From Podarcis melisellensis (taxonomy: Eukaryota), in the NCBI GenBank assembly GCA_964234715.1, contig OZ174281.1: a DNA stretch of 64,000 nt, one strand, 5' to 3'. A model generated the notes under the pieces. That model was not told where the DNA came from and did not search any database. It saw only the letters and a list, made by a program, of their open reading frames with translations. Within the stretch, counting starts at the first letter, position 1, and each line of letters begins with the position of its first letter. Of the stretch, positions 25,463-40,619 are shown piece by piece. The position numbers and the translations under genes were made by a program.

Positions 25463-27809
25463 TCATTTTGTCTCCTGTGTTTCCTTGTGAAGAAAGTAAG
25501 AGTCTTGCATACTTACACTAAGAAGTTTATTGTGTAAGGGATTGGGGGGAAGGACAAAACCTCACTAATTCTGGAAAAGAGGAGCCACGAATTAAAAAGT
25601 CTACAGCACAGAACCATTGGGGAGGGGACTCAAGAACAAGACCTCTAAACCTTTTTTGGCAATCCCTGACAACCCAATTTACTGAATGGCTTCACAATAC
25701 ATGAATCATTATTAGAGTACAGAATGGACTCCTAGCAACTAAGCTCTGAAGACAAATTTGAAAGGAAGCAAATAACCCAGTGCTTCACATTTGAATTCAA
25801 TAACTCCCTCCCTGGGGCAGCTGTTGACACTAGAATAAATAAAGCCCATTGTAAATAAATGATGAATGACATCTTTACGCCCACCATCTGCTGGTGTAAA
25901 GGTTGTAGGAAGGCCAAGGATGCAGATTTTATCCGTTATATCATAAACTGCAGCCAGCTTTCAACAGTCTTCAGATGGAATTCTTTCCACTAGCATTTTA
26001 TTATAAAAAACAGATAATGGTTTTGAATTTGATTTTATATAATTCTATTGTACATTTAATCAATTTCCTGTGCTTCTGACAGAGTGCTTGTCAAAAGCAT
26101 GCAAGAAGGTGCCTTGATTGCCACAAATGAAAAACATCAGATATCATATAAAAATGATTTTTAAAAAGAATTCTAACAGAACATCCTAAGTTAAAAATTG
26201 TATGTTAGATTTTCAAAAGGGATTGGTCATAGAGCTACACTGATGTCATCCTATAGCCCTCCTTTCTGCTTCAAAACATATGTATGGGTCATATATTTAA
26301 CCTTTTTTTAAAAGCCTTGGTCACTATGAACTGGACATAGTAATCCCAAACACTGAATAGCTATATTCTATCACTAAATTATTTAGTTATTAACAGCCAT
26401 AGAAAAGTTCACCCTGCCACAGATGTTAGGCAAAAGCTAATGCTTGCAATACTTGTAAGATTTCACCTCCCACTTTTTCTCCAGGAACTACAATGTTTAC
26501 CCATTAACACTAAGGTGATTAGTACATATATTCAACCAAGTTGTTGCACTAGTGGAAGTCGGAAGGACCTCCTCCTTCTTCTACCTCCTCCCCAAACTTG
26601 GAGAACTCCAAGAACAGCACATGGGAGAGAAGGGGGAAAGATTTTACGACCAGTGCAAGCATTTTTGCTTGCCAGAGACAATCGCCTTCACATGGTGTTG
26701 CATTCCACCCATAGTCTTTTGTGATGGCAAAAAAGGAAATGAAACTTATCTCACATAAAGATAACTATGTCTTTAAATTTGCCAGCATAAGTGAAAAATA
26801 TTTATAAACTGTTAACAGCATCTATGATGAATTTGTGTTTAAAAAATTAAAGATAAAGTATTAAAAACTATTCACTATGTAGCAGATATAGCATAATTCC
26901 ATACAATGTTTAGGGAGTTTATTTCTAGAGTATTCAAGACTTTGAAAGCACCAAGAGTTTCACCAGATCTTCACCAAGTGCGATCTAGCAGCTGACCACA
27001 TCCAGGCAGTCAGCAAAAATCAGAGATTTATGGAGCCCCTGTATGCATGCATACACATATGCATATGGAGCCCCTGTATGCATGCATACACAGAGGTAAA
27101 ACTGCCAATCTATATAACTTTTGAAGTATCATCTCATTCAGGATCAATGGATGACCTGTGTGGGAGTCTTTAAATCATGTTTGCCTTCGATACCTGGGAC
27201 AGGCATATACACAAAAGAAGCAGGTGTATACACATACACACTATTTCTCTCTCTTAAGCCTCCTCTGCTGACCATCAGTTCCATGTTGGGCGCGGGAAGG
27301 CAAGCCCAAGGCCTCAGTTACAAAACTATTTCATTCTCTTGTCATAGATAAAATGACATGACAGGAAGATGGCTATGTTTCTCTCAAACATTTATCTATC
27401 TATTTTAAGAGGATTCTTGTTTCATATGGAGAAAACTTTCAATCATGTAAGCTCCCTCTGCAGTTGTAGTGATAAAGTCAAGAATCAGGTTCATTGTGCC
27501 CTATCCTACTTGCAAGAACTATGCCCTAGTATAGCATTGTAAGAGAGACTGCATGATCAGAACCCAGAAGTCCCATTTAGGCAGCAAAGGTAATTCCCAG
27601 AAGCCAGTGGCTGGACCAGTTAAGAACATACATTACTGAAGGCACATGAGGGCTATGAGTAGCTTCAGACCATCCCAAATGTGTAAGAAGACTGTTTTAC
27701 TTATGCTTTTGGTGTAAAGTCCAAAGCACTGAGTTTACCATCTTCCCTGCTGAGGTGGATGGGGGAATGAAGGAATGCACACATTTCAGAAACAGCAGGT
27801 ATGCCGATT

Positions 27810-28570
27810 AGAGGTAGTTCTGGATACATATTTGCCATTAGAGCCCCAAGTGACCTTTGCAGATAGCACTGCTTCTTACCAGTTTCATCTGGTATGCCTG
27901 GTACAGAGGTGTTTGAATCAGGAAAGCCTGGCCACTGCAATCCATGAGAATGGGTAACCTCAGGACTAGACTACGGCACTGTGCTTTACGTTTGGCTGCC
28001 CACTGCCCTGGTCTAAAAGTTCCAGCTTGTGCACAATTGTGTTGCCAGATTGCTGATGGGGGCAGATGATTGATAGCACATGGCACCTCTGCTATAACAT
28101 CAGCACTGGCTGCCCATATACTACTCGGCTGAGAGATGTGCAGGCTTGGCAAAAATGGGGAGGAGTAACCCAGAAAAGCTGGGAGGAAAGCCCTAAATGA
28201 CTTGGATCCAGAATACCTTCAAGGATCACTTGAGTCCTTATATCCCACTTCAACCATCCTGAGGAGCACTGTTAGTTGTCTTGCATACCTTCCCTACTGG
28301 CTTCTAACAGAAGTTGGTGTTCTAACAGAAGTTGGTGTTGCCAGTTCCATGCTGTGGAATACCCCTCCAGCACAGATTCTGCAGGCAACCTCACTACTAA
28401 TTTTTAGGAATCTCTTGAAAATCTTTTTATGCCTATTTATTTATTTATTAGAAGTCAGTCATTTTTATGACATTTTGTATTTTATGTTCTATAGTATGTG
28501 TATACACTGTTGTACACTTTTGTGATATTTTATGTACATGGGTGGCATAACTGTTTTTATAAATAAATTT
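27810..28570 (+). mobile_element. L2 LINE degenerate 3' fragment
   Basis: ~27956-28003 translates VTSGLDYGTVLYVWLP, like the L2 VTSRLDYCNALY.GLP motif; AT-rich L2-type tail. Similar tails at ~7620-7900, ~23330-23425, ~42410-42570 and ~43230-43545 (-). Confidence 0.6.
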
Positions 28571-28999
28571 AGACTACAGCTGAGAGCAGGAGTTTAGGAT
28601 GTCTGCTAACTGGATCCCTGCACAAGAACACTCCTGCAGGGTGGCGATGCACCTAAACATTTTGGTACATGTTCCACTTGTATAGTTCCTATGAAACCAA
28701 TACATACTAAACTTTTGCCTTAATATTTCTTTATTATAAAGGCACAATACTCTCAATAAATGAGCACTTTCCAGCTTAAGAAACATCTCATAATATTACT
28801 AAGCTACCACAGTGTAGCAAGAATTCAAAATTTGGTACTTCAAAAAACTGGTGAGTGAACGACAAGCCTGTTTTACAGTTGAATAAATGAGGCAATACAA
28901 TTAAATGACATTTAGGCTGCATTCCACACCATAGCTACTAACTTGCACCCTCTTCCCTACACAAACCAGTGACCTAATGAATAACTACCCCTGAAATTA

Positions 29000-29361
29000 G
29001 GGATGCGGGTAGCACTGTGGTCTAAACCACTGAGCCTAGGGCTTGCCAATCAGAAGGTCAGCAGTTTGAATCCCCGCAACGGGGTGAGCTCCCTTTGCTC
29101 AGTCCCAGCTCCTGCCAACCTAGCAGTTCGAAAGCACGTCAGAGTGCAAATGGATAGGTACTGCTCCGGTGGGAAGGTAAATGGAGTTTCCGTACACTGC
29201 TCTGGTTTCGCCAAAAGCGGCTTAGTCATGCTGGCCACATGACCTGGAAAAACTGTCTGTGGACAAACGTCAGCTCCCTCGGCCAGTAAAGCGAGATGAG
29301 CGCCGCAACCCCAGTAATTCGCGACTGGACTTAATTGTCAGGGGTCCTTTACCTTTGCCTT
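29000..29361 (+). mobile_element. Sauria-type SINE, full length
   Basis: 14-bp TSD TACCCCTGAAATTA at 28986-28999 and 29362-29375; A/B boxes; ACCTTT tail. Confidence 0.9.
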
Positions 29362-29642
29362 TACCCCTGAAATTATATCAAGCTGATTCATACATATGCT
29401 TACTGGGTTTAGAGCTTGAAGTTTATCGAAAGAGAAGAAAAATTGAAGCTCTCCTCACTGGTCCTTTATCCCAGAATACGTAAACAATAGTTAAGATTAC
29501 TTTTTCACAGACAGGTTAGCAGAAATCTTCTAAATAGCTCAAGGGAGTTAGAACAAACCCTATATCCATATACAGAGAGCTTGTTGATCCAGGATAAACA
29601 GGAATCAATAATGCTTGCAGCAGCTAGTATTATTTCGGATCA

Positions 29643-29978
<336 letters not shown>

Positions 29979-30240
29979 CTATCCAGTATCCTAAATGAAA
30001 TCAGGATTTACTTCAACCTTTTTCATAGCAGGAAGCAACATTGTTCTTCATGCTTTCAGTTGGCTTTCCCCCTATACCACATACTGAAGAGTTAACAGAC
30101 TTTTATACAGTTTTGTATTGTGTCATAGTTTTATACACTCATTTCTAGATTAACAGATGCAAAAAAAAAAAAAATGTCTTACAACAGAGGTAGAAAAAAT
30201 AAGAACAATCTAAAAACCCACAAAGGAAGCATTTAGCATA

Positions 30241-30470
30241 CCCAGTGTGGTGCAATAGTTAGAATTTTGGACTAGAACCTGAAAGACCAGGGTTCAAATC
30301 CCCACTCAGCCATGAAGATTACTGGGTGACCTCAGGCCAGTTACAGTCTCACAGCCTAACCTGACTTACAAGCATTCTGTGAAGATATAAGGGGGAGGGG
30401 CAGAGAACCATGTATGCCACCTTGAGTTCTCCAGAGAAAAGGTGGGATATAAACTGCAATAACAATAAAG
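30241..30470 (+). mobile_element. MIR/Ther1-related tRNA SINE (Squam3-like)
   Basis: A box TGGTGCAATAG, B box GGTTCAAATCC, CORE-like GGGTGACCTCAGGCCAGT, A-rich tail. Confidence 0.65.
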
Positions 30471-30911
30471 GAAGAAAATGCTTTTTTAAATTATGACACT
30501 GCAATGTAGTTTGAAAATATTCAGAGGCAGTCACAAGCAGCTGCAGAATGTGAGGAAGTTTCAAATCTCTCTGAGTCAGACTCAAATTAAACTACTTAAA
30601 TCCCTTCAAAGAAACCATCATTTAGGCTTAGAAGAGCGTTACAACTTAGATTTAACAAAATCTTAAAATGATATTTCCTATTCAGATAAGAATATTTTAG
30701 AAATTGTCAATTCTGACAACATTGTTAAGCTGAAACCATTTTGTATGGAAAACACACTCTTTACAAATTCAGCCACTGTAACTTTTAACAGTGGATAGTT
30801 GGATGTAATTTTGTCCAATATGAACCTGATTTATTTATTATCAGACCAAGCACCACTGACCCCTGCCACTATAACCTTGTAAATATATAACTATTAGTTG
30901 AAAGTCTAGGC

Positions 30912-31103
30912 CAGGGGTAGTCAGCCTTTTTATATCTCCCACCCACTAATGCATCTTTCTTGATGGTAAAATTTCCTTACCGCCCCACCAGTGCTCGATG
31001 GAAGGAGGATTCAGCTTGTGCCATAGAACCCCCCCCCCTACCGCCCACCTGGAATCCTGAAACGCCCACTAGAGGGTGGAAGGAACCAGGTTGACAACCC
31101 CTG
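30912..31103. mobile_element. hAT MITE
   Basis: CAGGGGTAGTCAGCCT ... AGGTTGACAACCCCTG; flanks GTCTAGGC / CTCTAGAC; 80 bp from the RAB2A exon 2 donor. Confidence 0.75.
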
Positions 31104-31159
31104 CTCTAGACATTCCATTTCAGAACTTGATGCATGCAGTTGCCAAGGACCTTTACTCA

Positions 31160-31276
<117 letters not shown>

Positions 31277-31869
31277 TCAAGAATTTCCAAATATAAAGTA
31301 CTACAAAAAGTGAGAATATTTCAAAATTTCAGACTTCTTTACACACATTTACAAATTACTGATAAAACTACTCCTTGCTGTTTGCATAACATTTCAGAGG
31401 CCACCAAAAGAAACACAAAGGATAACAGTGAGGTCCCTTGGAAGTTGTCATGCTCCTCCGTAGCAACCAAATTACTAAATCCCACTCCTCCTCCAAAATC
31501 ATATTCATTATGTACATTTACTATTCAGAAACTTAAGACTCTCACTTAGTAGCTAGTTTCAGATAGCCTCTATAGTTACTCTGCTGCTCTTTAAAAATAT
31601 ACATACTTTGTTAATGTGACTATGCAATTACAATATATACATATATGTAATGAGTATAAACATTTTAACCCTCTTATAAAACCAACTCTATTTTCATAAA
31701 ACACTTTTCTGTTCTGTTAAATCAAGCACTGTATATTTGAAAAGGAAATAACCATTATTTAAAAGTACTTCAATATTGCTTAAATGTTACATTTGTTTTT
31801 TATTGTTTTTGCTCCACTTCCCACTATCCCAAGTCCTCTTTTTTTATTGCACGACTATACTTCAACTCA

Positions 31870-32219
31870 GGGACGCGGGTGGCGCTGTGAGTTAAACCAC
31901 AGAGCCTAAGGCTTGCCGATCGGAAGGTCGGCGGTTCGAATCCCCATGACAGGGTGAGCTCCCATTGCTTGGTCCCTGCTCCTGCCAACCTAGCAGTTCG
32001 AAAGCACATCAAAGTACAAGTAGATAAATAGGTACCGCTCTGGTGGGAAGGTAAACGGCATTTCCATGCGCTGCTCTGGTTCGCCAGAAGAGGCTTAGTC
32101 ATGCTGGCCACATGACCTGGAAGCTGTACATCAGCTCCCTCAGCCAATAAAGCGAGATGAGCACCGCAACCCCAGAGTCGTCTACGACTGGACCTAATGT
32201 TCAGGGGTCCCTTTACCTT
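31870..32219 (+). mobile_element. Sauria-type SINE, full length
   Basis: 13-bp TSD TATACTTCAACTC at 31856-31868 and 32220-32232; B box GGTTCGAATCC. Confidence 0.9.
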
Positions 32220-32559
32220 TATACTTCAACTCTCCAATTTTCCTTCAATGTTTCCTTAGCATTATATTCAGCTTAACAATCGCCACTGGCCCCCAAATAT
32301 TCCCATCTGTTATACTGTACATATGAACTTTGACTGGCTTATTCCTACAGTTTGAATGATATTATTATTCTATTATAAATTCTTTACTGTTAGCCTACAT
32401 GTTGTGTTTGTATTGTTGTGATTGGTTCTTATTGCAACACAGGGGTTTGTTTTTGGTTCCCCAAATATTTCTGACAGATTCTTTCTTTCCTGGTTTTGGA
32501 CTATCCTTCTACACTTGTGCATACATAACCCTGGTTACTATTAAAATGCACAACATTTG

Positions 32560-33330
32560 GATCCACTCACTCTTTGGTGTTCTTGAATCATTGATGTGAT
32601 TCAACGAAAATAATAGTAGACTATTTGCAAAGCCTAATGACAAATTATGTCATTTTATAACCAATATCATTTCCATCATATGTATGAAATCATTCTGCTT
32701 TTCCAAGGGATCCAAAGCCATTGCACCATGCTTTTCATGCAATTTTCTCTATAATTCATGGCTGACATGAATTTGGTTCCTACTCCAAATAGGCATTTTC
32801 ATACTTTCTCCTAAATTTCCGTTTGCAATTCTCTTTCCCATTTCATCATATGGTTACGGTAAGTTTTGTCTCTGAATGTTTGTGCATTAACACTTGACAT
32901 AAAGCTGAAAACCATTTAACTGTGCCATTCCTTGTTAACCTTTCAAATTGTTTTACGGTTCTCGCTTCCTGTTTTTGTCTCAGTCCACTTAGAATACTTT
33001 TTATTTGGATGTATTTAAAGGTGGTGCTATCATTTGTTCCCTCATCTGTTCCCAAGTTCTTATTTTCTCTAATTTTTTTTAGTTATATAGGTGACCTTAA
33101 AATTTGGCATGAAAGAAGCATAAGTGGACCATTCATCTTCTATTATGTGTAATATTAGTGAAGTACAAGGTGCACTCTTTCATCATTCACTGCACCACCC
33201 GTGTCAAAATACTATTCTAAATAAGAGATTACAAATCCTCTCTTCTTACAGGCTTTTCTTCCTTATATTTTATTTATTCTCAATTTCTTTCTAGCCAGAA
33301 AACTTAAGATATAATTTTTTGCCACTCTTG
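32560..33330 (-). mobile_element. L1-clade LINE ORF2 C-terminal remnant
   Basis: Minus-strand peptides FKYIQIKS, FSALCQVL, KWERELQTEI and RENCMKSMVQWLWIP in the order of non-mammalian L1 ORF2 motifs; many stops. Confidence 0.55.
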
Positions 33331-34917
33331 ATAGTTTTAAATGTAAGTAAAACAGGTATTTTACATCAGAATATGATGCAAAGTAGGACACTTGTTTTCA
33401 CAAGACTTTTGTGGTTTTACCTCTTGCAACATTTTATTATTATTATATATGGCCTTCATCCAAAGATCTCAGGGCGGTTCACAAGATAAAGAGCACATAG
33501 CTCAGGTGTTGCTGAGAGAACTTCAAACCAGGACTGTGATTCAAATAGCCCTCAGTAGAAGTGAAAGAACTGCTTTCTCAGTCCAAGACAGATAAACATA
33601 AGCAATGACAAATCTAAGAAACTATGATATGTAGGAATCATGAATGCCCAAGCTCTATCATAGAAACTATGCTAGCAATGGACCAAACAGCTACAACATT
33701 TTGTCAGGAACAGACAGTTTGTGCATAACAACCAAATTTCCAGCTAAAAATGTATTTAATTCCTGCAAGGACCTACCATATGCCACTTTCACAAGGAAAC
33801 TTTGGGGCTTCATATATTTGTACATGAAAGGGCTGGTTTGCATATGCATGTGAATCATCTGTCAACAATAACATAAAATGGCAACTTGCATGAGTTACAC
33901 CTCAAAGATAAAAGAAAAACCCAGAGGTAGAATGTTCCTATCAAGAATTCAGACATTCTCAGTTTTAAGATCAAGTGGTATGAAGCCAATATGCATGCAC
34001 AGCCCAATCCTATGTTATACAGTAATAGATAATAAATATGGTTTTATACATAAGCCTTAATTAAGAATTCTATGACCTGCATATAACCAGCTTCTTTACA
34101 CAATTCATCCAAAAGCCACTGAAACATGTTACCTGCTTCAATGGATCTCCTGCAATGTAGGCTAGTAAACACTCCAGGTTATTAAAGGAGGGGGGAAAGT
34201 TGACTTTGGTGCAGTTTGGAATTGTACTTGAGGCATGGTTAAATATGGAATTTTCCAGCTTGATGGAAGAGGAGGGTACCAGAGACATGACAGACCCTCT
34301 TAAAATTCCTCTAAGGAGCACTGCTGTGAGAAAATTGACTTGAGCAGCAGTCAATCTATTCCCAGAACTGAGGCAGGGTGTGACTTCTCAAAGGAAGATG
34401 CATGTGGTAATTATCACAGCTCTTTGCTCTTGGAAGACTGGGAGGATATCTCCATTGATAGGATGATTATGTTGATCTGAGTAAAATTGTAGGCTGGTTA
34501 AGGATTGAATAACAATTCAATTTACACACAATTTCTGAAGTCATTTCTATATTCTATTCTGCAGCTCCACTTTGCACCCATTTTGACAGTCACCCCCCAT
34601 GTCCATGGTAACTTCCTGCATGTTCTGCTTCCCACAGAATACTAACCACCCTTTTCACCTTTTGTTCAGTTACAAAGTTATCACACTCTCCTATTATTCA
34701 GACTCTTTCATGGCCCTGCTTTCATCTTCAACCCTATTCCCATGCCTCATACTTCCTCCTTTGTTGTAACTCCCCTTGCACTCCCATTTTCACCATCACT
34801 ACTTTTTCTTCCACCCTTCTTACTGTTCTCAACTCTCCCTTGCATACAGATCACCACCCCCATTTCCATGCCCAGTCCTCTCTACTCTGGAGTCCCCTCT
34901 GCAAACATACTCCATAG

Positions 34918-35172
34918 CATGGGTAGGCAAACTAAGGACCAGGGGTCGGATCCAGCCCAATCGCCTTCTAAATCCGGCCCGCGGACGGTCGGTCTGGGAA
35001 TCAGAGTGTTTTTACATGAGTAGAATGTGTCCTTTTATTTAAAATGCATCTCTGGGTTATTTGTGGGGCATAGGAATTCATTCATATATTTTTTCCAAAA
35101 TATAGTCCGGCCCACCATAAGGTCTGAGGGACAGTGGAGTGGCCCCCTGCTGAAAAAGTTTACTGACCCCTG
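34918..35172. mobile_element. hAT MITE
   Basis: CATGGGTAGGCAAACT ... AGTTTACTGACCCCTG; flanks CTCCATAG / CCCCATAC. Confidence 0.78.
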
Positions 35173-36034
35173 CCCCATACTAATATATGTTGCTGTATCT
35201 TTAAGATAAATAGAGTCTTAAGAGCAAGGTTGTCAGTTAGCTTATTCAGCTAGAGAATGTTAAGTTCAGTCGATGGCTGTTGTACATTTCGGGATGTTTG
35301 CTTGTTAATAAAATATCTGATCTAAATTACTACAGTGACTCTAGAATTTCATGCTGAAGACAACACATGGTACTAGGAGTAAAATATACTATAGGAAGGT
35401 ACTATGGAATATTTAAAGACTCTGCATTCATTCTCTCTCTTCCATGAGGCAGCTGAGGAATGGAATAAGTTTAAAACAACACCCCCCCTTTCAGTATTTC
35501 TCCTTTCTTGCAGTACTCAAGGAGGGGCAGAAGTCTGAGTAAAGTGAGGGTGGACAGACAATGAGAGGAAAACCATGGTTTTAAACAACAGTAGAGGTTT
35601 GAGTAGATAAAAGATGGAGGGATTGACGTCCATTTTTCTTTAGGTGGAAAGAAATTTGGCAAATAAATCGGCTTGGCATTTCAACATTTGCCTGGCAACT
35701 ACTGGCAGCAATATATATGCACACATGTAAGTAAGCAGGCTGCTAGAGGAGAGGCAGAATACATCACTTCTGTGCATTCAGCAAAGAAACCCTCCACACC
35801 AAGCACTGAAATGTACTTGTTGATCTAGCCTTTACCTGCCAGCCACCAGTCAGCTTGTAAAAAATTTCTGCAGACTAGTAATTCTTGTGGATACAATTTA
35901 GAATTGTGAAATTGAAGAAATTAATAAACTGTAGTAACAACAACAACAACAAAAACTTATTATAACAACAACAGTCTACCAATACACACATAAAATGTAA
36001 AACTATTTTTTGGTATGGGAAAACCTCTTTTGAC

Positions 36035-36233
36035 CAGTGGCTAAGCTTCATGCTCTGGCACGGGGGGGGGGGTGGAGAGCAGGCAGGGGCGAGCTGGTGC
36101 ACATCCAGGGGGAGTGGCGCGCTGGGGAGTGGCACTACCTGAGGGAGTGGGGGGAAAGCCACTATGGCACCCCACCAGGATCGCGCTGCTGGAGGCGGTG
36201 CGCTCCCCCTGCACTCCTCTTCCTTTGCCACTG
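36035..36233. mobile_element. hAT-like MITE
   Basis: CAGTGGC ... GCCACTG ends; flanks CTTTTGAC / CTTCTGAG; GC-rich interior. Confidence 0.55.
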
Positions 36234-37065
36234 CTTCTGAGTACTTTTTTTATTTTACCTTGATGTAATTTCAAAAAGGAATACAAGGGAATAAACAGAA
36301 AAGCCACAATCACAATTGCTTAAGAGCATTTCATTGTTGACCAATACATTGATTATGACTAAGCACCTACTTAAAAACAAAACAAAATAAAATTGCAGGA
36401 CTTTGCAGCACAGTATCCGTATCTCCTCAACACTCACCAATCTGAACTGGTGCCATATTTTGTTTTTACTGCAAAGGCTCAAGAACAAGTAAATATGAAC
36501 AAATTATGCCTGAGCATTAAACAGCACTTCTGCAATCTTGCATAAATGTCCAAAAATCTCTATTCAAAGGCAGCTTTCAGTCTACTTTCACTCAAAGCAT
36601 CTACAGCTTCTTTCAAATACAAACAGCTAAGTTTACTTCACTCCTTTCCCTAGGGTTCAGACTGACCAAGAGAAAGATAAATGCAAGGAGATAAGAACTC
36701 CTTCCAAAAAGCAACACAAAGAACAGGGGTAGCTAACTTTTGTTGATGGACTATTATTTCCATAAGTCCTGACCATTGGTCATGCTGGCTGGAACTGATG
36801 GGAGTTTGGAGTCCAACAACATGTGGAGGGCAACAGGTTGTCCACTATTATCATAGAGCAAAGATAGAGTAATGAAAAGTTAAAACACTGTGAATCTTGA
36901 AAAAAGCACGAAATTTGTTAAGAGGAAATTTAATCAGCATTGAATCAAATATGGCTAAAAGTTGTTTGCTTTAAATGGCAAAGCAATGCAAATCAACACT
37001 GGCCTGCACATTAAGAGATGTGGGCCACTATCTGGACCTGGGGTGATTCTAGTTGCTAGTTACTA

Positions 37066-38320
37066 GAAAGCTCCAATGTAGGAGAATCCACAACCTCTCT
37101 TGGGAGTTTGTTACACTGTCAAATAGTTTAATTATCAGACAGTTCTTCCTGATGCTTAGTTAGAATCTCCTTTCTTGTAACTTGAATCCATTGATACAGA
37201 TCCTACCCTCCGGAGCAGAACAAACTTGCTTCATCTTCCATGTGACAGCCCTTAAGATATTTGAGGAGGCTATCATATCTCCTTTCAGTCTCTTTCCCAG
37301 GCTAAACATACCCAACTCCCGCAACCGTTTCACATAAAGCTTGGTTTCCAGACCCTTGATCATCTTGGGCATCCTCCTCTGCACACATTCCAGCTTGTCA
37401 ATATCCTTCTTAAATTGTGACACCCAGAACTCGACACAGTATTCCAGGTGTGGTCTGATGAAGGCATAATAGAGTGGTACTATTACTTCCCTTGACCTGG
37501 ACACTATAATTCTGCGGCTTTTTTTGCTGCTGCATCACACTGTTGATTCATGTTAAGCTTAACTCATGTTAAGCTCATGCTAAGACCCCCATATGTACTG
37601 CTAATAAGCCAGGTGTCCCTCATCTTATATTTGTGCATCAGGTTCTTCCTGCCTAAGCACAGAACCTTATATTTGTCCCTAGTTTGTTGCTAGTTTGGGC
37701 CCAGTTCTCCAATCTGTTAAGGTCATTTTGAATCCCAGTTATTTCTTCTGAAGCATTAGCTACCCCTCCAAGTTTAGTGTCATCTGCAAATTTGATGAGC
37801 ATCTCCTTAATTCTTTCATCCAAGTTGTTTATAAAGACATTGAACGACAGTGGGCACAGGAGAGAGTGCTGCAGCACCCTTAGTGAGCACACATTGGGTT
37901 CAGTCAACCAGCTATAAATCCACCTAACAGATACCTCATCCAGCCCGCATTTTACCAGGTTTTCTGCAAGAATATCATGGGCGACTTTGTCAAAAACCTT
38001 GCTGAAATCAAGACACACCATACCCACAGCATTTCCCTTATCCACAAGCTTGTAACTATAAAAAAAAAAAATGAGATTTGCCTGGCATGACTTATTTTTG
38101 AGAAGGCCATACTGGGACTTAATAATCACAGCATCCTTTTTTAAGTGCTCACAGATTGACTGTTTAATTATCTTTTCTAGGACCTTTCCTGGTATCAATG
38201 TAAGCTGACCTAGGTCTTCTTTTCTCCCCTTCTTGAATATGGGGACAACATTTGCTCATTTCCAGTCTGCAGAGACCTCACCTGCTCTCCAATAATTCTC
38301 AGATTATAGAAAGAGCTCTG
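37066..38320 (-). mobile_element. CR1 LINE reverse-transcriptase fragment, degenerate
   Basis: ORFs 37653..38198 (LDFSKVFDKV, KFADDTKLGG) and 37160..37504 (RPHLEYCVEFW...LECVQRR); frameshifted. Confidence 0.92.
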
Positions 38321-39213
38321 AAAATACATTGACTACAGCACTCAACATGCCTAGCTAAAATAATTTTTAATTTACTTGTAGAATCTCCTGGATTCTGCTT
38401 GCAATGTTGAAATCAAATACTGAATATATGAAGAGATTGATTACATAGCTCAATCCTACACATGCTTACCTGGAAGCAAACTAGACTGAATTTAAGGCAG
38501 CCTTGTAAACAAGCCATGTTTCCTAGCCTGCCAATCAACACATCCCTATGTTGTTCATTTGTGAAATATAAACTGCCTGAAAATGAGAGGGCATATTTCA
38601 AATTTATAAAAGTTTCCCTGCCTGGTCACCAAATGACTATTTCATCTCACCATAGGCAACTAAACAAAGACTGTTTAGAAATGTAGCTTAACAGAACCTC
38701 TTTCCTAGTAACCATACATACAAGTTCTAGGCTTTAAGCCAATCTTGGTTTGTTTTAAAATGAAATATCACAAGACCTAAAGAATCAATAGAAGTGCAAA
38801 TGCAGTCTGATCGAGTAAGTTCCAGTATGAACAGAAGTGTGCCTAGGAGTACAACATTGTATTACTTTGCTGACTGAGTACTTCCAGACTGCATAATACA
38901 GCAATTAGAAATTGAATCAGTGGTACCTACCTCAAATGAACTTTTATAGAATCAGACTGTAAATATGTTTGTGCCACAGTCTTTAAAAAAAAAATTTAAA
39001 TGCATTTTAAAAGAGGAAAAAGTGACTGAAATATAACCTATTATGTATTCTAGAGCTGAGGAATCTTGAGTAAATAAGCTAAAATCTCACAGAGGATAGA
39101 CAGAAGAAGTAAATGAAATACAGATACCTTTGTATTTTAGGGTTTCCCCCCTAAAGATAAGAGGAAGAGGAAAGGGAATAAGCATTCAAGAGAATGCTAC
39201 TAACTTTATAATA

Positions 39214-39452
39214 CAGTAGTACCTCAGGTTAAGAACTTAATTCATTCCAGAGGTCCGTTCTTAACCTGAAACTGTTCTTAACCTGAAGCACGACTTTAGC
39301 TAATGGGGCTTCCTGATGCCACCGCGCCGCTGCGTGATTTCTGTTCTCAGCCCGAAGCAAATTTCTTAACCTAAGGTACTATTTCTGGGTTAGAGGAGTC
39401 TGTAACCTGAAGCATCTGTAACTTGAAGCGTCTGTAATCTGAGGTACCACTG
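39214..39452. mobile_element. Tc1-mariner/pogo-type MITE, family A
   Basis: Colinear with 7375-7616; same TIRs; TA on the left. Confidence 0.85.
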
Positions 39453-40619
39453 TGAAGGAATATGTTTGTCCAATCATATACTTGTCAAGAAACTTTCAGC
39501 ATCACTCCTCACATTATATGGTGGCTAACATGTACTTTCAGCTACGTATACTCATGGCAGAAGCTTCAGCCAATTCTAGTTCCTTATGTACCTGTTTGAT
39601 ACATGCAAGGAGAAAATGTTGATATACCTCTTTGTGAATGTTTTGCACATATGTGTATTATATAACGTATTGAATTGGTCCTTCAGAGAAAGGATTTCTA
39701 GCCTTTGGATAAGTTTGACAGAAATCTCTCTCACACACATTCACACTTTTCCCAACTCAACTATTTTCATAAATAAATAGCTAAAATGAAAAAATAAACA
39801 CTGCAATCTAAAAAGGTTGTTTTCAAATAGTGGCTGATAGGCATGAAAGTGTATTAGATTATTCAACACCATGTGTGACGTTTGAGCTTAATTCACTTGG
39901 GGAAACAAGAACCCCAAGTATTTATTCTAACATGGCAGTTGCATAGCACTTTCTAGTATTCAAACTACATCACATGCATTGTCTAGTTGTGATCCTTCAA
40001 TTGCAAAGGAAATCAGTATCATTATATCCTGTGCTGCTGGTGGGGGGGGGGGGAATGGAGCAAAGAGTAGCTTGTCTAAGGCCACCTACTGAATTTATGC
40101 AGAGATGATATGCATACAAGATCCTTTTTTATTGGTAGCTCAGTCTCTTAGGTCACTATACTGCATCTATCATGCTAAATTCCATCATGTTCAAGTCAGA
40201 GAGATGGCACTAAAGGGCCTCTCCATAAGGCTCAGCTGCAACACCACCAACTTTTGGCTCCTCCTCTCCTTGAACTCTTCCTTCCAGCTGGCCATTACAA
40301 GAATTCTGTCACTTAAGACCCCCGTTTGATCCTTTCTTTTCTGCCGGTTTCCCCCCTTTTCTGCCCTGTCTTTTACATTCTATACCGGAGGAGTAGAGTA
40401 GGTTTATTACTGTCACTTTATAAGCTTTTTCGGCTAAGGAGTGGCAGCAAATACTTTAAACCAACGTCCAGGAACAGAGCCACGACCAATGAACGGTGGA
40501 AGCCACTTTTATCTGGTAAATTTTCTTGGAACGTAAAACATATCCAGAGGTGGGGAGGGTGCTTTAGTTACAGGTCAGTGTATCTTTGGGCAGAGAGCGA
40601 TTAAATGGTGTGATCCTTT

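Noticed and set aside
37160-38198. Reverse-transcriptase ORFs as a functional gene or novel RT system
   Set aside because: Ordinary truncated CR1 with frameshifts and deletions; no endonuclease or ORF1.
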